33,318 nt of DNA, taken from positions 1 through 33,318 of the forward strand of contig DASXQR010000037.1 in NCBI GenBank assembly GCA_036507075.1, in the 5' to 3' direction. The position numbers and the translations under genes were made by a program. The notes beneath the pieces are model-generated. The model was given only the letters and a program-made list of their open reading frames with translations, was not told the DNA's origin and did not search any database. The stretch's first letter is position 1, and every line of letters begins with the position of its first letter. This document shows positions 7,872-17,369 of the stretch, piece by piece. This DNA is from Acidobacteriota bacterium. GTDB taxonomy: Bacteria > Acidobacteriota > UBA6911 > JACQSX01.

Positions 7872-8681
7872 ATGAAAGATATGCGGAGAACAATGCTTCT
7901 TTTGGCGATTACCTCGGTTTTCCTGCTGGCATTTGCCGCCGCGGCCGCGCAGGACTTTCAAAAGTCTTATTCCATTCCTGCCGGCGGCGAGGTTGCGATC
8001 AACAGCGCGTCGGGGGACGTTAACGTCGTTGGTTATAACGGCAACACCGTCGTCGTGACAGCCTATAAGGAAGGCCGGGATCGGAACCTTGTGGACATTG
8101 AAGATCTGAGCTCGGGAAACCGTGTGGAGCTCAGGTCGCGCTATCCTCGCGACTGCCGCTGTGATGCCAGCGTGCGCTTCGAGGTGCAGGTTCCGGCTAT
8201 GGTGGACCTGAAAGAGAATCTGTCGACCGCGAGCGGCAACATCCATGTCGCGATGCTGACCGGAGAGGTGAACGCCAAATCGGCCAGCGGCGAGATTACT
8301 GTTCGCAAAGTCAACGGCGCCGTCAAAGCCCACACTGCCAGTGGAAATGTGGAGATTACCGATGTGGCCGGAACCGTCAGTGCTCATACTGCCAGCGGAA
8401 ATGTCGATGCTTCGCTGACCCGGATAGAGGGTAACAACAGCATGGAGTTCACTACTGCCAGCGGGAACGTCACGGTGAAAGCACCCGCAAACCTGGATGC
8501 CAACGTGGAAATGACCACCCACAGCGGCTCTGTCAGAACGGATTTTCCGCTTTCCATTACCGACCGGGACGACGGGCGCAATCGCTTTGGTCCCCGGACG
8601 ATGGGCGGGAGATTGGGTCAGGGCTCCCGGGAACTCCGCATCCGGTCGGCTTCAGGCAACGTGAAACTGCTGCGAAATTAG
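7872..8681 (+). CDS. DUF4097-type beta-strand repeat secreted protein
   Basis: Signal peptide, repeated (T/S)ASG(N/D)V motifs, RBS AAGGAG. Confidence 0.85.
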   Translation: MKDMRRTMLLLAITSVFLLAFAAAAAQDFQKSYSIPAGGEVAINSASGDVNVVGYNGNTVVVTAYKEGRDRNLVDIEDLSSGNRVELRSRYPRDCRCDASVRFEVQVPAMVDLKENLSTASGNIHVAMLTGEVNAKSASGEITVRKVNGAVKAHTASGNVEITDVAGTVSAHTASGNVDASLTRIEGNNSMEFTTASGNVTVKAPANLDANVEMTTHSGSVRTDFPLSITDRDDGRNRFGPRTMGGRLGQGSRELRIRSASGNVKLLRN

Positions 8682-8764
8682 ACACGAATTAACACGAATT
8701 ACACGAATTTTCACGAATCTTTTAAGATAGATTCGTGTAATTCGTGTAATTCGTGAAATTCGTG
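8682..8764. repeat. Inverted 9-mer arrays (CACGAATTA x4 / AATTCGTG x4) between convergent genes
   Basis: Begins immediately after the TAG of the upstream gene. The short loop gives a terminator-like hairpin. Confidence 0.9.
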
Positions 8765-8784
8765 CTCAACTCCGTGCTCCAGGC

Positions 8785-11700
8785 TCAGAAGAGAATTTTC
8801 AGCGCCAGTTGAATTACTCTTGCATCCCTCGTGTCCGTCACCACCGCGAAATTCCCGGTATTTGGATTGACGCCACTCGAAGTGGTAGTCAAGCTGGCGC
8901 CCACGCCGGACAGCGAAGGGTGGTTGAAAGCATTGAAGGCTTCGGACCGGAATTGGACTCTTACCTTTTCGCCGGCCTGAAAATTCTTGAACAGCGAAAG
9001 ATCCCATTTGTGAATCCCCGGTCCGCGCAGGCTGTTGCGCCCCATATTGCCAAATGTTCCGGTGGCTGGTCGCGCAAACGCGGAGCGGTTGAACCACTGC
9101 TCTATCGTGCGCAGCCCGCGGGTGTCCCCAACGACGTTGGGACGCTGGTTCTGGGTGGAGCCGATTCCCGCTACGTCGGACGTCATTACGACATCAAACG
9201 GCCTCCCCGAATAAATCCGTGTGATACCGGAAAGCTGCCATCCATTCAACAGCGCGCCTGCCAATCCCCGGCGGGCGGGACCTGGCAGAAACCAAATGTA
9301 GCTGCTGGTGAAGACATGGGTACGGTCAAAGTCTGAAGGTCCCCGCTCGGCTCGGACATTATTGCTGTCGGGAGGAATATCGCTGCCTCCGCGCTCGCTG
9401 GAGGCAACATCGATGCTTTTCGAGAAAGTGTACGCGGCGCTTAGGGAAAGCTTATTTGCCATTCGACGATTGAAACTCACCTGCAACGAGTGATAAATAC
9501 TCGACGCGCTGCTCTCGCGCTGTGTAATCGACCCGTAGCCCAGGAAAGGACGCACCGCGTTTACGTGAACTCCGCGCGCCGCCGCCAGACCGGGAGGCGG
9601 ATTGTTGATCGCCAGCGGCCGAAACAGATGCGTTCCGTGCGTTCCGACGTAGGCCACGCTCAGAATGGCGCGCTTTAAGATTTCCTGCTGCACGCCCAGG
9701 CTCCATTGCTGCACTGTCGGCGCCAGCATGGGAGTAACGAGCGTGGTGAGATTGGGCACTCCCTGCGCGGCCTCCACTCCTCCTCCCGGATCGTTCAGGC
9801 GCGGAGTCTGAATCGTGACCGAGCGGCTGAAAGGAGGATTGTCAAAGGCATTGTTGATGAATGTTCCGATGAAGGGTCGGGTGTAAAATATCCCGTATCC
9901 GCCACGAAGGGCCGTCTTTTTCCTGCCAAACACGTCCCATGCAAACCCCAGGCGCGGGCCCAACAGGTCTGTATTGTTTTGCGTCGCCCGCTTTCCGAAC
10001 GGAGAGTCGCGGCCGGCGATCACGATCCCGTTGAGCGGTTCACCGGTGCCGGGTACCGGCTGGCCGGTGGTGGGATTAATGCGGGGCGCGCGATTTGGGT
10101 CGAACAGCGAAGGAAGAAAATTTGTCAGAACGTTGTTGGTATCCCAGGGATTCAGATACGCCGAGTAGCGCAACCCGACATTGAGCATCAGCCGGCGGTT
10201 CACTTTGAAATCGTCCTGCGCGAAAGCCTCGACGATGGAGAAACGCGCGTCCGAGTACACCACCTGGTCGATTTCCGTGTAACTGAACGGCAAACCAAGC
10301 AGCATGTTTGCAATCGGATTGCGGCTGAACTGCGTGTTGAAAGTAAAACTCCCGTTGGTGTTCGGAGAAAACGGGTGTTCCAGATTCCCGCCGTACGAGT
10401 AAAGCACGCCGGCCTTGAACACGTGACGGCCGATAATTCTGGTCAGGTTGTCCGAAAACTCAAGATTGAACAGTCTCTTGAATCCTTCGCGGGGGACATT
10501 CAGCGCTGCGAAGCCGGAGCCGAGGTTGATCGTAGGAACCACATTGCCGAAGTTTCCCGGAAAGATTTCGGGAATGTTGACGCCCAGGTGCTCCCGGCTT
10601 CCCAATTCACTGATGGAGATCATGGTGAAATGACGCGCCGCGTAAGTGAAACTGGTTTCATTCAGAAAATGCGGGTTAAAGATCTGGGTTGAGCTCACCA
10701 CCAGATTTCTCCCGGGACGGTCCGATTTGGTGGTGGCAACGCCCGGAAAGCGCGTGGTGATTGACGTCAGACCGGAGCCGCCGTAAGGATTGCTGACGAA
10801 TGCGCCATCCTGCGCGTATCGCCCAAAAAGCTTGAAAGACGGAGAAAAGTTGTGATCGATGCGCACCAGTTCTTCGCGCCAGCGCTGCAGGCTGGGCGCC
10901 GCGGAGGTGAAGTTCGTGTTGCCGGGACCGCGGAAATTCGGAAGCGGGTAAAGAGCCAGCAGTTTGACTCCATTGGGGTCGATACGCGATTGCGGAATCA
11001 CGCCGCCGGGAAACCCCAGCCGCGTGACAGGATCAATCACCGGATCATCGGCGGTTCCGAAAACCCCATCGGCGCCAGGGCCGCGGCCGCGAAAGTCTCC
11101 TTTCCTCTCATCTTCGGAGGGAACCAGGGTGTTGATCGCTTCGCCGCGCGTGCTGGTGTGATTGAATTCCTGTGTGAAGAAAAAGAAGGTCTTGTTCCGC
11201 TTGCGATTGTATCCTCCCGGAAGCAGCAGTGGGCCGCCGAAGGTGAAGCCGAAATTGTTCAACTTCAGCGGAAGCACCTGGTGTGAAAAAAAATCGGTCG
11301 CATCCATCGCGTCATTGCGGAAGAACTCATACACTGAGCCATGAAACTTGCGCGTTCCTCCCCGGGTAACGACATTCACCTGCGAGAACCCTCCTTTACC
11401 ATATTCGGCCGCGAACGTGGAGGTAGCGACTTTTACTTCCGCAACGGTGTCGACGGAAGTGAAAGTATTGAGGGAGCTGCTGCCCACGATGACATCCATG
11501 TTGCTGCCGCCGTCGATGTTGAAGCTGGAGGCCGAGCTGCGCGCGCCGTTTATAGACAAAGAGGGGTTGGTATTCGGGTCGGCGCGGTCGGGCATATCGG
11601 AAGTAACGCCCGGAATCAGCTCCAGCAGGGTCATAAAGGAGCGGCCGTTCAGTTGCAGTTCACGCACTTCGTCCCCGGAGATCAATCCGCTCACTTCTGA

Positions 11701-12084
11701 AGTTTCGGTCTGCACCTGTACCGATTCGGCTACGACGGACACCACTTCTGCGATTTCTCCTATTTCCAGGACCAGGTCGATCCGCAAATGATCCGCAATG
11801 TGCAGCTCGATCCCGCGTTGGACGGTCTGTTTGAAACCCGGAAGTTGAGCGGAAATCTCGTAGAGGCCGACCTGAAGGGAAGTAAAGACGTAGGCGCCGT
11901 CCTCAGTGGTAATCGTTTTACGAACGGCGCGTGTGGCGACATGAACCGCCGTCACTTCAACGCCGGGAATAGCTGCTGCGGATTTGTCCTTCACCGAACC
12001 GTCGATATTGCCTGTGGTCTCCTGTCCCAGGGTCAAGGCAGGCAGCAGAAACAGGAGAGCAAACAAACAGGGAAGTTTTCGCAT
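8785..12084 (-). CDS. TonB-dependent receptor (Oar-like) with N-terminal carboxypeptidase regulatory-like domain
   Basis: Signal peptide, G.V.D.S.AAIPG N-domain, plug LQLNGRSF, RGGTRKFHGSVYEFFRN, C-terminal R.IQLALKILF. Confidence 0.93.
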   Translation of the reverse strand: MRKLPCLFALLFLLPALTLGQETTGNIDGSVKDKSAAAIPGVEVTAVHVATRAVRKTITTEDGAYVFTSLQVGLYEISAQLPGFKQTVQRGIELHIADHLRIDLVLEIGEIAEVVSVVAESVQVQTETSEVSGLISGDEVRELQLNGRSFMTLLELIPGVTSDMPDRADPNTNPSLSINGARSSASSFNIDGGSNMDVIVGSSSLNTFTSVDTVAEVKVATSTFAAEYGKGGFSQVNVVTRGGTRKFHGSVYEFFRNDAMDATDFFSHQVLPLKLNNFGFTFGGPLLLPGGYNRKRNKTFFFFTQEFNHTSTRGEAINTLVPSEDERKGDFRGRGPGADGVFGTADDPVIDPVTRLGFPGGVIPQSRIDPNGVKLLALYPLPNFRGPGNTNFTSAAPSLQRWREELVRIDHNFSPSFKLFGRYAQDGAFVSNPYGGSGLTSITTRFPGVATTKSDRPGRNLVVSSTQIFNPHFLNETSFTYAARHFTMISISELGSREHLGVNIPEIFPGNFGNVVPTINLGSGFAALNVPREGFKRLFNLEFSDNLTRIIGRHVFKAGVLYSYGGNLEHPFSPNTNGSFTFNTQFSRNPIANMLLGLPFSYTEIDQVVYSDARFSIVEAFAQDDFKVNRRLMLNVGLRYSAYLNPWDTNNVLTNFLPSLFDPNRAPRINPTTGQPVPGTGEPLNGIVIAGRDSPFGKRATQNNTDLLGPRLGFAWDVFGRKKTALRGGYGIFYTRPFIGTFINNAFDNPPFSRSVTIQTPRLNDPGGGVEAAQGVPNLTTLVTPMLAPTVQQWSLGVQQEILKRAILSVAYVGTHGTHLFRPLAINNPPPGLAAARGVHVNAVRPFLGYGSITQRESSASSIYHSLQVSFNRRMANKLSLSAAYTFSKSIDVASSERGGSDIPPDSNNVRAERGPSDFDRTHVFTSSYIWFLPGPARRGLAGALLNGWQLSGITRIYSGRPFDVVMTSDVAGIGSTQNQRPNVVGDTRGLRTIEQWFNRSAFARPATGTFGNMGRNSLRGPGIHKWDLSLFKNFQAGEKVRVQFRSEAFNAFNHPSLSGVGASLTTTSSGVNPNTGNFAVVTDTRDARVIQLALKILF

Positions 12085-12155
12085 AAGTTTTTCCGAGGAA
12101 GGTAGGGATTCAATATAGACCGGAACGGGGGTCAGTTCAATAATGGATGTCTGTT

Positions 12156-12206
12156 AGCTTGGTGCCTTGGTGGTGAAAAAACTGAACACCAAGGCACCAA
12201 GCCAGA
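12156..12206. repeat. Back-to-back 9-mer palindrome (CTTGGTGCCTTGGTGGTG-A-rich-CACCAAGGCACCAAG)
   Basis: Near-identical copy at 18835-18887. Related copies at 18072-18118 and 29547-29601. Confidence 0.9.
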
Positions 12207-12412
12207 GCTCGACACTGGCGGCGCCAAAGGAGGCATTAGAAATTTGCCCATGAATTGCCCGACTTTTGCAATTCCCGCCGTTTTGATAACGTTAAAGGGG
12301 AGATTCGAGATCTTGCTGGGTCCGATTTCAGAGAAGTTTAGAAACCGTCGAGCCGGTTGCCGCATGAAGCAACCTGGCGTGCGTGAAGCTACACCGCCGC
12401 GGTTGGGCCGAT

Positions 12413-12492
12413 CTCTCCCACTCCTCCACTCCCACACTCCCCCCCTCCTCTACTCTCCCCCTCTCCCCCTCTCCCACTCTTCCACTCTCCCA
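12413..12492 (+). repeat. Unpaired polypyrimidine 8-mer array (CTCCCACT-like)
   Basis: About ten degenerate units, almost entirely C/T with periodic A. Confidence 0.8.
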
Positions 12493-12525
12493 TTTACACC
12501 ATCACCGCCACGCAGGACAACAACG

Positions 12526-13875
12526 GTGCTCGTCTCACTGCTGCTGGCCTCGATCGCGTTTCTCGCTTACTCGAATTCCTTCCCCGGCGCTTTCCATTTT
12601 GACGATTATCCACTGCTCCTCGACAATCCCGCCGTGACCGGAAAGTCCTTTCCATATCTGACGTTCCTGCAGCATTATGGCGGCCGACCCCTCACGCTTT
12701 GGAGCTTTTACTGGAACTACCGGTTGTTTGGAAGCGATCCGCTTTCCTACCACCTGATCAGCGTGGCGCTGCATGCAATCGCTGTGGTGTGCCTGTTTCT
12801 GCTGGTTTCACGCCTCTTTTCCAGCCGTTTCCTGGCATGCGGCACGGCGCTGATTTTTGCGCTGCATCCGCTTCAGACGCAGCCGGTCAATTACGTCTGG
12901 TCGCGCTCCATGCTGATCATGTCCTGTTTCGGACTGCTGTCACTATTACTGGTTCGCAAGCACCCGGTTGCGGCGTTGATTTGCTGGCAGCTTGCGATCT
13001 GGTCGCGGAGTGAAGCTATTGTGCTGGCCGTCTTTCTTTTGTGGATTCGACCGGAACGATGGAAAAGCGCGGCCGGCCTGGCGTTGCTTAATGCAGGCGC
13101 ATTCCTTTACGGTCTGGCTGCGTATCGTCCGCCTGACTTTGCGTGGAATTATCCCGACGCCGGCGGATATTTTTTGCAACAGGGGCAGTCATTCTGGCGA
13201 TACGCCTCGCTGGTCATCTGGCCTGGAAAGCTGACGGTTGATCACCATTTTACCTTTCTTCCTTCCTGGGTGGCGCTGGCGGGGATCGTAAGCCTCCTTT
13301 CCGTGTCCTGCTTCATCTACCGTTTCAGGAACTATGTTCCCGTTCCGGTGGCGGGATGGTTTTGGTTTATCGTTCTGCTCCTGCCGTCTCTGATGATTCC
13401 CAATAAGGATTTCATCAACGAGAGTCGTATCTATCTGGCACTTCCCGGGCTTGCACTGATTGCGGTCTGGTTTTTCGAACGGGTCGGATCTGCGCGAAAA
13501 CTCATTTCTGTTCGAACATTGGGCCTTTGCTTGATCGGAGCGGCAATGCTCGGCTTCACGTGGCAGCGCAACAAGGTCTGGACGGATGATGTGTCGCTGT
13601 GGAGAGACGCCGTTTCCAAGGGTGCTTCTAAATGGAGAACGCATTACAACCTGGGCGCCGCGCTGGCTCGGCAGGGAAGCGCGGCGGAAGCGGAACGCGA
13701 GTTTCACATCGCGCGCCTTTTGAATGGGGGCGATGATTTCAGCCTTGCCGGTCTGGGATACTGCGCTGAATTGCGCAGTGACTGGACGGCAAGCCGGCGT
13801 TTTTATGTGGATGCCTTAAAGCTGAATCCATCGAATCACTACGCCAGAAAACGGCTGGACTTACTAAATCATTGA
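12526..13875 (+). CDS. TMTC-like GT-C glycosyltransferase with C-terminal TPR
   Basis: F.FDD first-loop motif, RPL..SF..N, ALIFALHPLQT.PVNY..RS, ESRIYL, RNKVW.D..LW, TPR tail. The start is uncertain (GTG 12526 with AGGA, or ATG 12364). Confidence 0.75.
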   Translation: MLVSLLLASIAFLAYSNSFPGAFHFDDYPLLLDNPAVTGKSFPYLTFLQHYGGRPLTLWSFYWNYRLFGSDPLSYHLISVALHAIAVVCLFLLVSRLFSSRFLACGTALIFALHPLQTQPVNYVWSRSMLIMSCFGLLSLLLVRKHPVAALICWQLAIWSRSEAIVLAVFLLWIRPERWKSAAGLALLNAGAFLYGLAAYRPPDFAWNYPDAGGYFLQQGQSFWRYASLVIWPGKLTVDHHFTFLPSWVALAGIVSLLSVSCFIYRFRNYVPVPVAGWFWFIVLLLPSLMIPNKDFINESRIYLALPGLALIAVWFFERVGSARKLISVRTLGLCLIGAAMLGFTWQRNKVWTDDVSLWRDAVSKGASKWRTHYNLGAALARQGSAAEAEREFHIARLLNGGDDFSLAGLGYCAELRSDWTASRRFYVDALKLNPSNHYARKRLDLLNH

Positions 13876-13894
13876 GCGCTATGACGGCGAAAAA

Positions 13895-14011
13895 GGTTAC
13901 GGGTTACGGGGTTTCGGGTTACGAGTTACGGAAATTTCCGCTGTAAAAGCGATTATCCGTCCTGACCGAAACTGGAAACCCGGAACTCGAAAACCCGTAA
14001 CCCGAAACCCG
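13895..14011. repeat. Inverted 7-mer arrays (GGGTTAC / GTAACCC)
   Basis: GGTTACGGGTTACGGGGTTTCGGGTTACGAGTTACG on the left and AAACCCGGAACTCGAAAACCCGTAACCCGAAACCCG on the right. Confidence 0.85.
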
Positions 14012-14101
14012 GTCGTGATCGTAGACGCGCCCGGGGATTCGAAATTCTGGTTCGTTCAGGCTAAGATACATACTGTCAGGGAATAAACGAAAAGGGGAAT
14101 A

Positions 14102-14569
14102 ATGATGAATAAGAGATCGAGTTTTGGACAATCCGTGCTCCTTGGACTGTTCAGTCTCATGGTGCTGATCGCAAGCCAACTTGTGCTGGCCGACGGACAG
14201 GTGGCTGAAAAGAAGCCCGGGGAGAAAAAAGTAACAGTCACTACGGTCAAGGCGCCGGCAAAGAAGTCCACAAAATCACGGGTCAAACTGGACCTGAACA
14301 CGGCGCCGGTAAAGCAGTTGATGACCCTTCCGGGTATTGACGAAGAGTTAGCCAGGAGGATCAGCGCAGGCCGGCCCTATGATTCCGTCCAGGATCTGGC
14401 ACGGGTGGGAGTTCCCGCCGGTACAATCGATGAAATCACTCCGCTGGTAAAGGTGCGGCCCCGGGGAACGCACACGATGACTCCCCCGCCGCCCTCCCGG
14501 TCACAGCAGCAGGCACCGCCGCCCCCTCCTCCGCCTCCGGCAGGATCTGCTCGCCCGCCGTCCAGGTAG
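14102..14569 (+). CDS. Secreted helix-hairpin-helix DNA-binding protein (ComEA-like) with Pro-rich tail
   Basis: LDLNTA..QLMTLPGI...A.RI..GRPY.SV.DL motif and a signal peptide. Confidence 0.8.
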   Translation: MMNKRSSFGQSVLLGLFSLMVLIASQLVLADGQVAEKKPGEKKVTVTTVKAPAKKSTKSRVKLDLNTAPVKQLMTLPGIDEELARRISAGRPYDSVQDLARVGVPAGTIDEITPLVKVRPRGTHTMTPPPPSRSQQQAPPPPPPPPAGSARPPSR

Positions 14570-14586
14570 ATTATTGATTGGTTTAG

Positions 14587-14654
14587 AAACCACAAAGGCA
14601 CCAAGAGACCATTTATTTGGTGCGCCGACTTGGCGCCTTGGTGTCTTGGTGTTT
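14587..14654. repeat. 9-mer-array palindrome between convergent genes
   Basis: AAACCACAAAGGCACCAAGAGACCA pairs with CTTGGCGCCTTGGTGTCTTGGTGTTT. Confidence 0.8.
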
Positions 14655-14659
14655 AAATC

Positions 14660-16114
14660 TTACGCGTTGTAGCTGGTCGACGATACCGTTCCGCCGCGGC
14701 CCGTCCAATTGGTGTGAAAGAACTGGCCTCTGGCGCTATCCAGGCGCTCATAAGTGTGGGCGCCGAAGTAATCGCGCTGGGCCTGAAGCAGGTTGGCCGG
14801 CAATCTCGCGCTCCGGTACGCGTCATAAAAATTCAATGCGGTTGAAAAGGCCGGAGCCGGGATACCTTTTTTTGCCGCCGTTGCCACGACATTGCGCCAG
14901 GATCGCTGGCAATCCTTGATTGCTTTCTGGAAAAACTTGTCCAGCATCAGATTGGTAAGCTTCGGATTATTGTCGAAGGCTTCCGTGATCTTCCCCAGAA
15001 AGCGGCTGCGGATGATGCAGCCTCCGCGCCACATCAGGGCGATTCCGCCATAGTTCAGGTTCCATTTATATTCCTGCGCCGCGGCCCGCAGCAGCATGTA
15101 GCCCTGCGCGTAAGACACAATCTTCGAAGCGTAGAGCGCGCGTCGAATGTCCTCCACAATCTTTGTCCGGTTGCCCGCGATTTTCGATTTGGGTCCTTTA
15201 AGCTTCCTGGATGCAATCAGACGTTCCTCTTTCAGCGCGGAAACACTGCGCGCGTAAACCGCTTCAGCCATAAGTGTGATTGGAATTCCGAGTTCCTGAG
15301 ACGAGATCACCGTCCATTTGCCGGTGCCTTTCTGTCCTGCGGTGTCCAGGATCTTCTCCACGAGCGGCTGGCCGTCGGCTTCCTTGAAGGCGAAAATGTC
15401 GCGGGTGATTTCAATCAAGAACGAATCCAGCTCTCCCTTGTTCCACTCGGCGAATACCGGGTGCAGCTCGTCGGCCGTCATCCCCAGTCCATCCTTCATC
15501 AACTGATAAGCTTCGCAAATCAGTTGCATGTCGCCGTATTCGATCCCGTTGTGGACCATCTTGACGTAGTGACCGGCGCCGTTTTCACCTACCCAGTCGC
15601 AACAGGGGGATCCGTCTTCCACTTTGGCTGCAATTTTCTGGAAGATTTCCTTGACGTGGGGCCAGGCGGCGGGCGATCCCCCGGGCATTATGGAAGGTCC
15701 CCGACGGGCGCCCTCCTCACCTCCTGAGACGCCCGTCCCGATGAACAACATGCCCCTGGACTCCAGGTAGCTGGTGCGCCGGATGGAATCCTGAAAAAGC
15801 GAATTTCCTCCGTCGATCACAATGTCGCCCGGTTCCAGGTGCGGAACAAGCCTCTCGATAAATTCATCCACGGCGCTGCCCGCTTTTACAAGCATCATCA
15901 CCCGCCTTGGCCGTTTCAGATGCGCCACCATTTCCTCGATCGAATGCGCGCCGATCACATTGGTTCCGCGCGCGCCGTCGGAAAGAAATTCGTCAACTTT
16001 CGACACGGTCCGGTTGTAAGCGACCACGGTGAAGCCGTTGTCGTTCATGTTCAGGATCAGATTCTGGCCCATTACCGCCAGGCCGATTAGTGCGATGTCT
16101 GCTTTCGGTTCCAT
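14660..16114 (-). CDS. gnd: NADP-dependent 6-phosphogluconate dehydrogenase (decarboxylating)
   Basis: [62 protein letters not shown]. Confidence 0.98.
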   Translation of the reverse strand: MEPKADIALIGLAVMGQNLILNMNDNGFTVVAYNRTVSKVDEFLSDGARGTNVIGAHSIEEMVAHLKRPRRVMMLVKAGSAVDEFIERLVPHLEPGDIVIDGGNSLFQDSIRRTSYLESRGMLFIGTGVSGGEEGARRGPSIMPGGSPAAWPHVKEIFQKIAAKVEDGSPCCDWVGENGAGHYVKMVHNGIEYGDMQLICEAYQLMKDGLGMTADELHPVFAEWNKGELDSFLIEITRDIFAFKEADGQPLVEKILDTAGQKGTGKWTVISSQELGIPITLMAEAVYARSVSALKEERLIASRKLKGPKSKIAGNRTKIVEDIRRALYASKIVSYAQGYMLLRAAAQEYKWNLNYGGIALMWRGGCIIRSRFLGKITEAFDNNPKLTNLMLDKFFQKAIKDCQRSWRNVVATAAKKGIPAPAFSTALNFYDAYRSARLPANLLQAQRDYFGAHTYERLDSARGQFFHTNWTGRGGTVSSTSYNA

Positions 16115-16182
16115 AAGAGAGTCCTCAAAAAGAGGCAGATAATACAAGAGTGGCGGCTCTGCCGGAATAAAAAATGCTCCCC

Positions 16183-16289
16183 AATGCGGATTTCGGAATG
16201 CGGAATGCGGAATAGGTTAGAGATTTGGACTCGGCCTGCAAGACTCAACCTGGGATATATTCCGCATTCCGCATTCCGAAATCCGCATT
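16183..16289. repeat. Perfect 32-bp inverted repeat made of 7-mer CGGAATG units
   Basis: 16183-16214 is the exact reverse complement of 16258-16289, including the variant unit GCGGATTTC. Confidence 0.95.
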
Positions 16290-16301
16290 CGGAAGGGCGC
16301 A

Positions 16302-16850
16302 TTAATGCACCATTGTCACTTTTCCGCTCCCTTCTTTGACGGTATGGATGCGGTCTACGACCAATCCTTCGAATCGTTCCACCAAGCCGCTGGGCCACCT
16401 GACTTCGACGAATTCGATGCGGTCGCTCTGCCCGAGGCCGAAGTGAGAGCGCAGATCGCTTTGAGACAAATAGCTGGAGCCGCTGCGCGCTTCATCGACC
16501 TGCATTCTTGACCCGGTCTTTACGGTGATTCGGGCGCCGATGGCATCGCGGTTGGACCGGGTTCCCACCAGCTTGAGGCCCACCCAGTGATTCCGGTCGG
16601 GCGATCGATTCACCAGCAAATTGGGCGTTTCGTTGATGTTGCTGATTGCGGCGGAAATGCGGCCGTCATTCCAGAAATCGGCGATGGCCAGCCCGCGGGC
16701 TGCAGAAGACATGCGAATTCCGGATCCCGCCGTCATCGACATGTCGCTGAACGTGCCGTCTCCGTTGTTGCGATAAAGCAATCGCGGCTCTCGATAGCTT
16801 GTTCCGAACGGATGGATATCCACTTCGGGATAAATATGGCCATTGACCAG
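16302..16850 (-). pseudogene. C-terminal fragment of a CRTAC1-family (FG-GAP + ASPIC/UnbV) protein
   Basis: LVNGHIYPEVD..LYRNNGDGTF..SNRDAIGARI..GSSYLSQSD.R.HFGLG..VRWPSG. The N-terminal part is absent. Confidence 0.8.
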
Positions 16851-17170
16851 ACAATGGATTGGGGTTTCTCACCTTCCAGCTCCACAATGTAAGTGGAAGG
16901 GAAGTCGCCGCCCGGCGCGCGCCAGGTGACGGCATGGCGGCTGTTGGATTGGAGCTCGAAATTGGCGCGGTGGCAGCTTGCGCAAACTTCGACGCCGACA
17001 TAATAGTTGTCCCGCTTCGTGGCGCTGCCGGTCTGTTCGATTAACTGTTCCGAGAATCCTGTTTCGATCCTGGAAGCAGTGAATCCACCGGTGCCGGCAA
17101 GCGCGGCAAGAAACAGACTTATCGGGCGGAGCAAACCGGCGAAGCAGACAGAGCCGAATCTGATCTTCAT
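16851..17170 (-). pseudogene. N-terminal fragment of a c-type cytochrome protein
   Basis: Signal-like N-terminus and YVG.EVCASCH..S.HA motif. It then runs out of frame into the CRTAC1 fragment. Confidence 0.65.
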
Positions 17171-17220
17171 TGACAGGCCTGAGGAAAGATTGTCATCTTA
17201 TTGCAAAACTGTTTCAAGCG

Positions 17221-17347
17221 TTGTTCGTTGTCAGTGGTCAGTTGCCCATGGTTCGGTCTTAACGTCGAAGGTCTGAAGGTTGAAAGTCCGAAAGTCAAAA
17301 GTTTGAAGGTCAGTGAGGTGAACTGTCTTGGTGTCTTGGTGGTTAAA
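17221..17347. repeat. Stacked arrays: 7-mer (TTGTCAG), 7/8-mer (GTCNGAAA/G) and 9-mer (CTTGGTGT)
   Basis: The 7/8-mer and 9-mer parts mirror 18101-18163. 17319-17347 is also directly repeated at 18064-18092. Confidence 0.8.
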
Positions 17348-17369
17348 TCTTTTCAGGCAAGGAGATTCT

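Noticed and set aside
9706..10692. Long antisense ORFs (also 32108-33037, 7686-8522, 3393-4052, 24310-24930)
   Set aside because: These are shadows of well-supported genes on the opposite strand in GC-rich DNA, with no recognisable motifs.
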